Source: Thelocarpon superellum (taxonomy: Eukaryota). From it: a DNA stretch of 64,000 nt. Position 1 is the first letter of the stretch; each line of letters opens with the position of its first letter. Location of the stretch: positions 1 to 64,000 of the forward strand of contig JAPEUG010000004.1 of the NCBI GenBank assembly GCA_026025795.1, read 5' to 3'. The notes beneath the pieces were generated by a model. It was not told the DNA's origin. It did not search any database and worked only from the letters and a program-made list of their open reading frames with translations. Shown in pieces: positions 25,434-39,127 of the stretch. A program made the position numbers and the translations under genes.

Positions 25434-28081
25434 CATCTGTCTGTATGTGTTGTCATTGCCGCTGCCTGCCCTGGTCTGATGCGCATCGTACATATAGACG
25501 AGAGACCATACGGGAAGGGCGGGGATACCGTACAGGTTGCCGTGACGGTACTCGCCCTGGACATCTACTTACACGGCGAGTGGTTTGCAAGGTGTACGAA
25601 CAGAAGTTTGGCGTAGAGACCCGTCGCTACTTGTCCTGTACTTGCGCGCGCTAGGACAACCTCTTCGTAGGATGGTATCTTCTGTTCATTTCTCCGGGAG
25701 CGCCATCTGTCGTCACAGGACCGCTGGATCGTGCGGGTAATGGTCCTCGTATAACCTACTACAGTAGCGACCAAGATACGGACAAGTCACGTACGACATC
25801 TTGTAGTTCGCCTGTCCGGACCCCGGCATCCACGCTATCATCGACACCGTTGCGCTTAGCGGCCGGCCTCGACCAATCCACTGGTACAGAGCATTGGGCA
25901 AGCAAGGGATTCGTGGCGGGGTGTCGGAAAACCTTCTCGAAGGCCTGGGGAAGTATCGTACCTGGTACTTGTATTCATCGAATAGCAAGTATCTTTTCTG
26001 GCTTGGTCAGATCTCCCGGGTGTGTGATTCTACCCACTGCCCTCGACATGCCCAGGGCCGCGAGGTTCCTGCTGCCTCGTCACTGCCCTTCCATCTGGTC
26101 CAAGCGAAGATGAGACGGTCAGATCTAGCGTTGCGCCCGCGCCGGTCCTTCCATGGCCGTGGCCCATGCACCTCTGCATCTATCAAGAATGGCGAGGCTA
26201 AGGTAGGCAACGACCGAGGCAGCCAGGCAGCCCCGAGGGAGCCGAGCCACCAGCAGCGACAGCAAACCTGGACATGGACGAATCATCCTCGTAGTCGCAT
26301 CATGGTCGGCGTAAGGTTCAAGGTGGCGATGACGATCGACTCCGCAAGCAACGTGGCACTGCAAGGCGGCGCCGACAGGCGAGAGCGAGCACCAGTGAGA
26401 TCGCAGGAGGCAGCGGAGAGGACCAATAATGTGCCTCGCAGGATGATTGTCTGCATCTGAGGGAGGACAATGCTTTATGCCTAGGGAAGAATCTCGACGC
26501 AGGTCACGGCGTACTTTGGACATTGCCTTCGTCCTGAGAGCAGAATTAGCAAAACTTAGTCGGCTTGGCCGGGTCGGTGATGTGCAGCAGGAAAGGGCCG
26601 GCGACTTGATAGGGAATGAGCATGACATGGCATGACATGGACAACAGACGTGTACGTGCGTAGGTGCGTTGGCACGGCCCCTACTTGACCCCACCATGCA
26701 CGCAGGACTTGGGCTAGGGCCAGGGCCAGGGCCAGGGCCACCAGGACCATGACAAACACGCGCACACAAGCCTACGACGAACTACTGCAGCCAGCAGCGG
26801 GGGAACGCGAGAAGCGAATCGAGGTCGAGACTGAGGCTGAAACTCACGACCGAGACCAAGACCGAAATTGAGAGCAAAGAAGGACGTCAACCAGCCTGCC
26901 GCCCTTGTCACGCGGCCGATCCGTCCGTGGTTCGACGCCCGACGAGAAACAAAATCGACGACGGCGACCCGTTACTGCCACTGGCGCCGGTACGGGGGCT
27001 TCGTGCTTGGTGGAAGCGAGGGGGCGCCCTGACAGAGCAGCAACTTCGACTCCTCGACGCCGCGAGCGACTGAGAAATTGAGGCGACGGAAGAATAATGG
27101 CTGTCGACCATCACACACATCCCGAGGTGTGCAAAGTCACGCTAGACCCCTCATCCTTGTCATGTGTTTGGTCTGCATGCCAGCCGGCTGGGATTGACTT
27201 GTTGCGGTGGGCTGAGCTGAGTTGAGCGGGGAAGGGACCGTGCAGAGAGATCTGTCTGCCTATCTGCCTGCCTTGGGTCATGCTAACAAGGATGAAGGGC
27301 AGGAACAGGAAGTACCTAGATGTCTGACAGAAGAGCGCGCTCGTACCTACAGGAATTGGAGCAGTCTGTGCGTGCGTGCACCCTTGCAGCCACGACCATC
27401 AGGCGAGGGCAAGCATGGAAGGACGTCCGGGGGTGTGTGAGTGGATGAGTGACGCAAGGGTCGATTCGCTGCTCCATGCTCTTCTGCTTGTCGCTGCCTG
27501 CTCGTCCCTCCCTGGTCAGACCACACCACATGCTCATGTTAGTCTGCATCTATCGACGTGATGAGGCTGACGGTCGCTATCTGGCGGAGCCCAGTTCTCG
27601 ATCTCCCTGATCTCTGTGGTCATGGCGGGCGATACAACAAGCTTTCGACGGAGACGTCCACATGCGCCCCTCCTACCCATCCACGCCATCAACAGTGTGA
27701 CTCGAATTCGTACTGTATGGTACAACTATGATGCCTTCGTCGCATGGGTCGCGTGCATCAGCGTGTCAAAACGCCGACCGTGCAAGCGGACCATGATGAG
27801 AAGAGAAAAGATACGGGATAAATCCCTCCCGCCCATCCGAGACCGCCGTAGCCCGTGACGATGACAATGATGATGAATCAACTGCAAGGATCATGAAGAC
27901 TCCAACGCCGATGCCGACCGGATCCCACTTGTCTCATCCCATCCCAAACCCGCCCATGAAGATGATGCGCCCCGCGCTGCTCCTGAACCGATCCATGCTC
28001 TTGGTGGTGTTGTTACACATTCCGACCCGCCGTTTCGTCGAGCGAGCGAGCTCGCTCGGCCGCTCGGCCGCTCGCTCGTTC

Positions 28082-31000
28082 CTACTTCCGATGGCGCATC
28101 AATTCCGCCGGCTTGGAGGAATCCATCAATGCCATCATCGCCTTGCTGAGCGCCTTGAAATCCACCGGTTTCGTCACGTAGTCGCTGAAGCCCGCCTCCG
28201 TGCACTTGTCGATCACGTCGGCCATGACGTTGGCCGAGAGGGCGATGATCGGCAGATGCGGGAAGCGCTGCTTGCGCTCCCATCGCCGAATCTCCTTGCA
28301 TGTCTGGTAGCCGTCCTTATTGGGCATGTAAAGATCGCACTGTGCCGCTCAGGATTAGCCATCGACGGTCCGTCGCGAGGACACCGTGCGCGAGCCCACT
28401 CACCAACACGATCGAGTAGTAGTCGTGCGCGTGGCTGAGCACCTTCTCCGTCCCGATATTGCCGTCTAGCGCCGTGTCCACCTCCATACCGATCTTCTGG
28501 AGGAATCGTAGTAAGACCTGGACGTGCCGCTCGTTAGCCAGATGCTCAGATCCCCATCCCCATCGACCGCCGTCGTCAGCACCAACCTTTTGGTTCACCA
28601 GATTGTCCTCCACCAACAGGACCTTGTGGCCCTTGTGGCCCATGTCACGCTCCATGTCCACAAAGGTCTGCCGGCGCTGGTCGGCATGCCGTTCGCTCAA
28701 GGACGAATCGCGACCGGCGTCGGGATTGAAGACCTCAACGAAGCGCGAGGGCTTGATGGGCTTGTGGAGGAACTGGATGCGTCGGCGCTCCCGCTCCAGC
28801 ACCGACGCCCGGCTGGCCTCCGCCATGCGCCGCTTGATCTCGTTCCGCATCCGCGTGTCGGCAATGATGATGGTCGACGCACGCGGATACGGCAGGGACC
28901 CGAAGATCTGGTCGAGCAAGGCCAAGACCTGGTCGGTCTCGCTGAGGTTGAGGACGATGTGCGTGAAGATGACGGGATCCTCGCCGCCAATCATCCGCTG
29001 GCACTCCAAGACGTCGCGGCGCGCCGTGATCTGATGCGGAAGGTGCTTGGGCAGCGACATCTCTATGTGCTTGGTCGTCGCCAGGAGACTAAATGGCTGC
29101 GGACACACGACGAGGATGGAATACATGGGCGGCGGGAGGAAGATGGAGTCTTCCGACGATTCCTTGCGCAACGTCGACGGCGGTCCCGGTGTCACTTCGC
29201 CGTCGAGTTCCTCCCCAGGGAGGGAGAGCTTCATCGCCCGCACCTGCTGCCCGAGCTCATCCCGGGCCGCCGCGGGCACGTCCGGCCACACCGACGACAC
29301 GGACGACCGTTCCGACGGCATGGTCTGCGGGGAAGGAAAGGAACGGACGGACGGAACCGAGTGAACGGAAGGAACCGAGTGAACGGAAGGAACCGAGTGA
29401 ACGGAAGGGATCGATCGGATGGACGGGTCAGAACTGGCCGAGGACGCCAGCTCAGGGGACGGTGCGGCCGGGCCCGTCGCGATCGACGATCCAGGCGAGA
29501 GCGCAGGCGTGAGCACCTGGGTGCGCAAGGCCGCGGGCCGCGCCCCACCCGCGGCCCACCGAACTGGCATCCTCTCAGGCGATCGCGGCTCCGACGCCGA
29601 GGCCGGGCCTGAGTGGGGCTCGCTCATCTCCGCTGGCGGTTGATCCTCCTCGGTCGGCATGCGGAAGACGGCGGTGAAGCGAAAGGTCGAGCCCTGACCG
29701 GGCTTGCTGGTGCCCATCATCGTGCCGCCATGCATCTCGACGAGTTGGCGGGAGATGACCAGGCCCAGGCCGCTGCCGCCGTGCTGGCGTGTGCTGCTCC
29801 CGTCAATCTGGCTGAAGGGCTTGAAGATGCTCGCGGCCTCCTTTTCGCTGAAGCCCGGGCCTGAGTCGACCACCTCAAAGGCCAAGCAGATCTCGTCCGG
29901 GCCCTGCGTGGCCGCCCCGCGCTGGACCTGGCAGTGGGCAAAGACCTCGCCCTGCTTGGTGAACTTGACTGCGTTGCCGAGCACGTTCATGAGGATCTGG
30001 CGCACCCGCACGCGATCCCCCTTGATCGTCTCGGGCACGTCTTCCTCGACGACGTAGTTGAGCTCGAGGCGTTTGTTGATGGCCACGGAGGAGACGGCGT
30101 CGTTGACGGACTCAATCAGGGCGCGGATGTGGAACCAGTCGTACGTCAGACTCATCATGCCCGCCTCGATCTTGGAGAGGTCAAGGATGTCGTTGACGAT
30201 GGAGAGCAAGCCGTCGGAGCTGGACTTGATGGTGTTGCAGAAGTCGCTCTGCTCGGCGTTGAGTACCGTGTCGAACAGGAACTCCACCATACCGGAGATG
30301 CCGATGAGGGGCGTGCGGATCTCATGCGACATGTTGCTGAGAAAGCGCGTCTTGGAATCCATCGTCTCGCGCATCGTCTGCTCCAGCAGCTTGTGGTCGT
30401 TAATATCCGTGCACGTCCCAAACCAGGAGTCGCGATCGCCTGACGCCACGGCCTCGACCAAGATGCAGCGCACCAGGTGCCACCGGTACTCGCCCTCGCG
30501 CGACCGCAGCCGGACCTCCGTCGAGTAGGAGAGCTTCCCATCGGCGTCTTTGGCGGCCTTGAGGATCCCCGCGACCGGAATCTCGGCCAACTCGGGTCGC
30601 GGCGCCTCGAAGACGGTCGCGGTCGCGGTCGCGGTCGCGGTCGCGGTCGCCGACACCGAGCCCGATGAGCTGGACGAGCCGACGCGCGAGGAACGGGCGG
30701 CCCCGGCTACCACGGTCGCCCCTGTCGACGACGTTTCTTCGGACTGGCTCGCCCCCGAGACGTCCGAGGGCGCGCTCGTCCGGCCTAGCGATGCTGGCGA
30801 GGACATGACCGCGGGGCCGTCGGCGGGCACGCCGAGGAATGGTAGCTTGCACCGGGCGAGATCGTCGGGATGGATATGGTCCATGAAGCCCAGACCGAGG
30901 GCGTCCTCGAAGCGCTGGCCAGCGTAGGTCAGCCACTGGTTGTTGGCAAAGGTGACGCCCTCGGGCTCGGTGGCGGCGAAGACGATCTGCGGGCTGGAGT

Positions 31001-34000
31001 TGGCCAGCGAGCGGTATTTGGCCTCGGACGCGGCCGTCTCCTGCTGCCGGGCAGCATTGACCTCGGCCACGTGCTGCTCGTGGATGTCCATCGTCGTCCC
31101 GAACCAGTGCACGGTGCGCCCGCCGGTGTCGCGCAGGGGCGCAGCGCGCACGTAGAACCAGCGATAATGCCCGTCGAAGCGTTGGATGCGCACCTGATAG
31201 GAGAACTGCTCGCCGTTCCGCAACGACCGCTGCCACGCCTCGACGTAGTCGCCCCGTTGCTCCGGGTGGAGATTGCGCCAGGGATCGTCGAGGAAGGCCT
31301 TGGGGGTCTGACCGCGATAGGACAAGAAGCGCGAGTTGACCCAGGTGATGGCACCGTCCTTGGGCCGTGCCGTGAAGATATGGATGGGGACGGCGTCGAT
31401 GATGATGCGCAGGAGCCGCTCGGACGGCGGCGGCATGTCCACCGCCGGCGACACCGTCGTATTGTCTGAGCCACTGCGCCCGTGCGTGCGCGGGATCGAC
31501 GGCGGCGGCTGCGGCTGCGGCTGCTGCGGCAGCGCCGCGGCTGACCCGGTGCTAAGACCTGTCGTCGCGGCCGAGGGGAGGGATTGAAAGGTGGCGGTGA
31601 AGTCGGCTCCATAGGAGTGAAGGAGCGTATGCGTCCGCGGTGGACGTGCGCCCGCGAGGGCGGTCACGCTCGCCGAGGCGGCAAGCACGGGTGCCCCTCG
31701 CTCTCCGCGTGAGGGTGCTCCCCGTTTCGAAGGTGACCGTTCCTCTTGCGGCGACGACGGGAGGTCGTGTGACCGTGGCCGTCCCTCCAGCTCGAGCTCT
31801 GGCGTCGGCCGCTCGTCGGCCTCGGCCGCGCGAGACGGATCACGCAAGAAGGGCTGGACGGAGGTCCGACGCGGGGTGGCATGGGTGGCCGCCACGGTGG
31901 CTCGTGCACCGGGTCCACTGGCCGGGGAACCCGGGCGGTGACGCGCCTGGAAGTAGCCGTCGTTGCTGGAGGGGTCCCACCCCGGGGTCCCGACCAGCGG
32001 CCAGAGAGGGCTGTTCATCGACAGGCGTGAGTGCTCACTGGGGCTGGTGGAGGTGCCGCTGGTGAGCGGGGCCAGGCCGCCATCAGTGCTGCTGGGGGAG
32101 TAGGTCACGTCGAGCTCGGCCAGGTCCTCGAGGTCATGTCCATGGCCAGGGCCGGCCCCGGCGAGCAGGCCAGGCGGGCGGCGATGACGCGCCAAGCTTG
32201 CCGCTTCGGCCTCGAGCGTCGAGTATTGTCGCGCGAGCGAGAAAGAGGTCGCCAGATGCGGCGCCAAGTCCTCGAGGGCGTGCGTGAGGTTAGCCGGGTA
32301 GGGGACGACGGGCGACAGGATGGAGAGGATAGCGACGGGCGTCTTGCGCTCGGGAGCTCCGCCGGGGACGGAGCCCCGCCGGCCGTCGACGATGGTGCGC
32401 GACAAGAGGGGATGGATCAGCGGCACGTGGAGCAACGAGGCGGCACGGTCGAGACCGATGGCCTCGATGGGCTCATTGACCGTGTATGCGTCGGCGGCGC
32501 CAGGGGGATCGAAGGAGTCTTCGTCCACCGTGGCCGCGGCGAAGAAGGGATTCTCCGCCGATTCGTCGCACACTGCCGGCGACGGCGCTGGCGATTGCGA
32601 CCACGGCGCGGCGGCAAGCTGTTCGAACTCCTCGTACGGGGGGGAGCCGGCGCCCAGCGGCGGTGCGCGGGCGGGATCGAAAGGTGGCACGACAGCCTCT
32701 GAACCGCGGTACGAAGGCGGGGCCCGCCCCAGGTCCGACGGGCGCGTCAGCGGGTCCTTGTCCTTGCGGCAGAGCACGACGATGGCGCCGCGTTCCAGGA
32801 CCCGGGTGATGGTGGCGCTGTCGACGAGCGGGTGGGGCTCCTCGTCCAAGGCCTGCAGGACCGGGAGGACGTGGCCGCGGGACTCCCGGACGGCGGCCGG
32901 ATCAAGATCGGCGTATGCAGCGAGATCGTGGGTGGCTTGCCGCTGCAGCGCCTCGGCATTGAGCTCGGCGCGGGGCAGCGTGGCCTCGGTACGGGCCATC
33001 AAGTGGCTCTCCGTGCGATGCACGCCTGGTCGCTCGCCCGCCGGGTGAGCGGCGCGCAGCGGCGGAGTCTGGGGCTTGGCGTCGAAGCCGGAGAAGGAAT
33101 GTCGATCCTGTAGCTTCGGACGACGATCGTGCGGACGCGGCGTCGATAGATGCTCGACGGGTAGGGGGGAATTGGCGGCGTCAAGCGTCAGGCGCTCGGC
33201 CTGGTCGCTGCCCGGGGAGAGACTGCTCCGGTCGAGATAAGTCAGGCTGTTGCGGTCCTTTTCCTCCTCGCGCACATTGTACGTGGCCTTCTGGCCCCAC
33301 GGGACGTTGTCGAGGTCGGTGCCATCGGCGGGCACAGAGAGGGTCATGCGCACGGCGTGGAAGGCGTCATGGCCGATCCGGATCAAGCTCGTCCACCAAG
33401 GGTCGAGGCCGGGCTCGGCGTGAAGCTGCAGCGTGGTCTCATAGAGATTTGGACTGGGGAAGTGCGTGGACGGCTCGGGGCCCTCGGAAGGGCTTGCGGG
33501 CATGAAGGTGGTGGCGGAGGCGGAGGCCGGGGTGAAGGCGTCGGACACGACGCTCTCCCGTCGACCACGTCCGCCTGAGACGGGGCTCCGGGGCGCCGGG
33601 GCCACGGTGGGGGACAGGGCCGTGAAAGGTCGGTGATCGCCGGGGGGGCCATGTCGGGGAGTGAACATGGGCGGGAAGGGATACGCGGGCGTCCGCGGGG
33701 GTGGGTTGACCGGGCTCCGCACATCCGCGGCGCGCGTGGTGCTGTTGGAGTGCGATGACGCCGTGTTCGCCGGTGAGTCGGCAGCCGGGGAGACCCTGCT
33801 TCCTTCCGCGATGGGGGAGCCCCGCGGGCGGAAGGGTAGTGTTGGTCGTTTCCTGTCCATGGCGCTGGGCCTCGCGTCGAGAGACGCTCGTCCCGTCATC
33901 ATCTTCTCTTGCGATCTCCCCGTCTCCCCACCCGACCCGCGCTTCGACCCTGATCCTTCGTCTCGGCGGGCATCGTCGTGGCCGGTCGGTCCGGATGACG

Positions 34001-34331
34001 TCTTACGCTCTGCGGCTGCGGTAGTCGTCGGCCGAGTGTTTTCTGTTGTGGTTGCGGGCCTCGGCGTCGGAGGGACGACGGACGGGGCGGCCGCGAGCGG
34101 GACCGGCACGGCGGGCGGACGGTCGCGGTCGGTAGGGGGCGGGGACGCGTCCTCGGCGGAGGGTGAAAGATGACTTGGACTGGGCGGCGATGGGGCCGAG
34201 GGCGCAGCTTTCATGGCTAGCTGGGCCGTGCGGTCCGCTCCACCTCCGTCCAGGTCGTGGCCGTCTGCCTCGACCTTGACCTCGCCCTGGACAAGAGTCG
34301 ACTGCCGGGCAGGAGGTTGCGAGCGTAGCAA
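28082..34331 (-). CDS. Hybrid histidine kinase: long N-terminus, PAS/PAC x2, HisKA, HATPase, receiver (group V / HHK2 / PhkB-like); start uncertain
   Basis: PAS/PAC (DGHYRWFYVRA..WFGTTMDIHEQ; GEYRWHLVR..WFGTCTDINDHK), H-box FLSNMSHEIRTPL, N-box NVLGNAVKFT, G-boxes DSGPG and GGSGLGL, receiver LLVEDNLVNQ..CDLYMPNKDGY..YVTKP. Two introns near the 3' end. Confidence 0.93.
29340..29410 (-). repeat. 18-bp coding tandem repeat encoding SVPSVH-like units
   Basis: GAACGGAAGGAACCGAGT units; the protein reads SIPSVHSVPSVHSVPSVHSVPSVR. Confidence 0.85.
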
Positions 34332-37300
34332 TCGTGACCTCCGCTCGCGGAGACGTGGCCACGGCGTGATGGAAGCCCGGGAGGTAAGCGGGAGAGCGGT
34401 GGCGCCTCACGTGGCGGAAGAAAGGGCGGTGGGCAGGAGCAGTGGGAAGGGGGAAGGGAAAAGGGCGGTTAGGCCCGGGACATGGCTGGTACCAGGGACA
34501 TCACATCCGCCTACTTGATGTCCGATGGAACAGAAAGAGCGCGCGGATGATGGAGCAAAACGGAGAAGAGGAACGACCTGGCACGCGAGTAGAGCGGCGT
34601 ACACACACCAGAGAGACGGCGAGGGAAACCAACTTGCAGGCACAGAGAGGCCGGAGTCGGTGGTCACGGCTTGGGACATCATCGGTGCGAAGCGAAGGGT
34701 CTAGCGGGCAACCAACAGCCGCCAAGGCGCAAATGACGTCGACGGACATGGATGGGGGGTCTCCAGTTCATTCTGCCTTCTGCCTTTTGCCGGTCGGCCT
34801 GTCCGCCTTTGTGCACACCTCGCTCTCGCTTCGCTTTCGCTCTCACCCTGTCCTCCGCCGCTCCAGTCACCCCCGGATCGCGTCGGCCGCTGATGCACCG
34901 TTTCCGGGGACTGGGGCTGGGTAATGCTGTTGCAGAACCCACAACCTCAGCTCGACGAGCGGCCACACTGACCATTTTACCTTCGGGGCTTAACCCTCCG
35001 TGGTGGATGTTCGGGCGCCGCTTTCTGAGGTGCTGACACTTCGAACGTGGACCTGCGAAAAAAGAGGCATGGAGCAACGCAACCTGATTAGTGCCCGATT
35101 CTACCAGCAACAGGCCAGATGTCAAATGCACCACAGGTGATGCTGCTCGCTACACCGCAAACCTCTGCGAAGTACGACTCACCACATAAGCTAGTGCTAC
35201 TCTCGCAGTCTCGGTTCGTGGAGATGATCGAGAAGTAAGGGAAGTTCACCGACGAACTTCTCGTGACAAAGTGGATACATGTGAAGAGGCTTACCTAGAA
35301 TCTCACGGAGATTCTACCGCCTACCGCCTACCGCCGATGGACCGTGTAAAATGGTCGTGATGATGTTGGGGTGCACATACGCGACGTCGAGATGGTCGAC
35401 CGACAGCCAGTTCGTGCTCATCCGGCGTGTCCTTCAGAGCTCGCAGCAGCTGAGTGATCTGCTCCTGGACCTCGTCGTCATTGGCACACATTCATCTCCC
35501 AGCAGCGCACATTCATGCCCCAACAATGCAAAGCATATCGTAGTCCTTCCCGTGGGTTTTCCACTGCCGTGCCATGGTCAAGGCAACAAATTCCAGTGAG
35601 AATCATATGTCGCATGCCATAAGCACAAAAGACATGAAGAATAACTTGCATTGTGCATGCATACCTGGGCGAGAAACCCCTAAACTCGACCCACATCGAG
35701 AGTGAGTCGAAGCCAGCATGGAACAGCAGCTTCGATCTGTTTGGGCTCCGACGCACCCGGCCGGGCCAAGCCAAGTGATTTCTTCTCACTCTCTGACTCT
35801 GGATATCTCTTGTCCGTCTCCACCCGCCACGTTGACTTCCCGCCGCTCGATGGCAACTTTCCCCCGGCAAAGATGCTCGGCGTCTCATTCTGCGCCGTCG
35901 GCTAACTGGCAGGGACCGTGGCGATTCCCGGAGCCGAGTCGGCTCGTATGAAGTCTCCAAGCCACACCGACAGTAGTCTCGAGCGTGAGTTGTTCTCCGA
36001 ACCTGTATGTCTTCATCCCCTCCAAGAGCGAGCCACACCAGGTCCATCTGAATTTCTGCTGGGTGATCACTCTGGCACAACATGCACAAGGACGTGTCGG
36101 CGTCTACAGAGTCGCACTTGCGTTTGTCTCTATCAATGCTCTGTACTGCTGACACCAGCAAATAGATCTACACCTGTGCGAATCAGCCAGCACCCAGCTG
36201 GTGGGATCTCCAAGGCTTCAACATTCGCCAGCACGCATCGCAGGCGCGTATTAGATCATTGATGTTATGCTGTGATACTTTTAACATGATCATCACGGCA
36301 TTTAGCAAAGGTGAGATCATTGTCAAAGTTGTTGAAGATGGGGTAGCAAACGATGTGGTTCGGGGACAGCGGAGCCTGTGTATGTCATGTACGATTCAGG
36401 CGTGTAGAGCAACACAGTAGTGCGGAGTGCGACTCTGACACCGGCGCTAACCCTAGGGTAATGACGGTCGGGCGTGCGTGTGTGCGTGTGGCAGGCGATG
36501 GAAGAGTCCTCGCTGCACCGACGTCACTGTGGCACCTTGCGCACTCTGTATACCCCCCGTCTCCCAGGGTCACCCACCAGGGCCACTCACGACTTACTAG
36601 ACCACGACTAGTAGAGTCTGATCAGCACAGCACCGTCCTCTTGTCAGCTTCGTAGTCCTCTGTCCTTCGCACACCCGCTTCGCCCTTGTCCGACCAGGAC
36701 CGAGCTATTGCGCGTTTCTGATGCAAATCGCCCATTGGAATTCTTCTCCTTCCATGACGGTCGATTCCGTCCGATCGGATGGATACATCCGTGCTAGTGC
36801 AGCCGCGGTGGGCATCCCCTCGGCGACGGAGCAGCAGGGCCTACCACGGCTCTGAAGCGTCCGCGTCTAGCATTCAGACCAGGGCAGCAGCTGTCCGGGG
36901 TGGCGCGCCGTGCATGGGCGCAGCTACGGAGCTTCCGACCGGCTTTGACCGCATCGACCATCCTCATGGTTGGTCAATTAGTTACCGTAGCGTACGAGTG
37001 CTCGTACATATTATTTAATATTGAGATGATGGCCGTCCGCGAAATTGGACGTGGCCCCGCATCGCTTAGACTTTTTAGTTATCCTTCCGTCTCCGTCCCA
37101 CCACGCGGGTACTTCATCTCCAATCAGCGTCTTCTCAGCACGGTCGGTCGCGGTCAGTTGGTCACCGACCGTGACGTCAGCGAGCGAGCGAGGAGAGTGA
37201 CCCGCCTGCCCATCTCTTACCTCTGTACGACCGCATCGAAGACGCTGACGTGATGACCTGAAGTCGCACCCGGCCACACGTGATGCCACCGATTTGTCGG

Positions 37301-38463
37301 GAGAGGCCTTTTTCCGGGGGAGCACCAAAGTATGGGGCGTGGGCGACTGGTCTCTATAAGATTGATCGTCGGATGGCGCCGTAGCCGCTGCGCTCCTCGG
37401 CTGATCGGCAGACGGGTTTCGGCAACAAGTCCCGTGAGGATCGTAGTTGGGGGAAAAGAGGCGGGAGCGTACCAGATGGTAAGTAAGGGCATGGGCATGG
37501 CGGGTGACTTACTCCCTGCTCCGTTCTCGTACTTTGTTCATTGGGGTCTCATCCGCACTCATCTCGCCTCGAGCCGATCAACGTTGAGGGCTCGCCTCCC
37601 TGCATTAGAGCGAGGTAGAGGTTCCGTTACGAATACGAGTAGTACCCGAACGAGCACCGTATGGTACGGTTTGGAATGTACTGACGATGAGGAGCGAGAA
37701 GAGTAGAGTCATGAAGGAGAAATGTTCCTAGTACAAGAGCAAGGCGAAGCTTCGTCAGCGGCCACGGAGGAACTTCGAACTAACGATGCATGATCTCCGG
37801 ACCCTGAACGCCATGAGCGTGGCGCGGGCGTGGGCGCTACTGCCGCTGCTGGCGCTAGAGGGACAGGCACGTGCTAAACCAGACGAAGACGCGGAACAAA
37901 GCGCCAAATGGTGAACAGGAGAGGAAAGAAAGGGATGTGAGACAAAGACAAGACCAGGATCTATCAGGCAAGGAAACCACTGATGTAACTGGCTCGTAGT
38001 TGTTGGTACTTCGTACTCGAGTACTGACCGAATCTTCCGTCGGAAGCAAACCGTATTCATGCGGAAGGGTGAGCTGGGCCACTTTACTCAAACATCCAAG
38101 TCAAGGCATTGTTCAAAGTCAAGGTGAGTGGCACGAGAGCACTTGATGATGCCGCATGAGCCGAATTGACTCACATCCTCTAGCTTCCTCAAGATTGTTT
38201 GGAACATATTATGCTGCTGTAGGAGCGCGCACGTGATGTGGTCATGCGCACCTTTCAGTGACTATTCTAGCTACGAGGGGGGTTTGCATTCAGCTCTGAC
38301 TCCTGCACCACCAAATATTCCGCATCCTGTTGCCTTGTAAATCTGATCATGTTCCTCCCAAAAACCATACCTACTGTTTACGCTTCTCACCTCGAATCAT
38401 TTCTCGCTACTATCTTTCAGCTCTTCTGCAATTCACCAGCACAATACCGGAAGCGCGAGTAGA

Positions 38464-38991
38464 ATGGCTCGCTTCTTTGCTCTTTTCGCCATGTGTACCA
38501 TCTTTCCCCTTTCTTGCCTCGCCACACCCACAGGCTTAACAACAATCCCTCAGGAAATGTAAGTATCTCGAGAGTCATGGTGTGATAAGTTGCATCATCT
38601 TGAGCTGCTGTACAGTCAATGCCACAGTATCAAAACTGATGGCAGCTGTAAGCGTTGCGTGATTCCTGCGGGAATCTGTAAGGAAGCAGAAAGTGAAGCA
38701 GATTGTGGCCCACAGGGAACACTGTGCCGGAATATGAACACATTGGAAATCCCTTTTCACCTGTTGTATACCTACGATACTGTTCCAACAGTTTGCCGAC
38801 TATCTCGAGACCATACCGGACAGTCAATTCCAATAACGTTAAATCTTCGCGAGATCCTGCCGATAGATTTTATTACCAGCTACTAACGTAATAGCATCTG
38901 CACGATTCAAATTCCAAGTATAGGAACGTGCTGCGATGGCCATCCACCCGGGTGTTGTTGTTGTCATATCGCGATATTTCCATGGTGTTGA
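38464..38991 (+). CDS. Small secreted cysteine-rich protein (~137 aa, 3 predicted exons)
   Basis: Exon 38464-38558 encodes signal-like MARFFALFAMCTIFPLSCLA; intron 38559-38615 (GTAAGT..TACAG); exon 2 QCHSIKTDGSCKRCVIPAGICK..; probable intron 38838-38894 (TACTAAC..TAG, weak donor); exon 3 ICTIQIPSIGTCCDGHPPGCCCCHIAIFPWC*. Without exon 3 the frame stops at 38886. Confidence 0.65.
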
Positions 38992-39127
38992 GTCTTTCTG
39001 ACAGCCCTTGCAGCTCTACCGGTCGCCATCAGCTCCCACCACATCTCCAGCTTGCTTCATCCAACAGGTCTTCAATTCCTCTATACTAAGATTAATACTA
39101 ATGCGTGAATCGTCTACCAGGCCAGGG

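Noticed and set aside
36900..38100. Intron-like signals and short ORFs in the putative cargo region
   Set aside because: No frame gave a credible protein.
38935..38977. Three closely spaced palindromes (GATGGCCATC, CACCCGGGTG, ATATCGCGATAT) as a possible MULE terminus
   Set aside because: They fall inside the predicted Cys-rich third exon and no partner end is visible.
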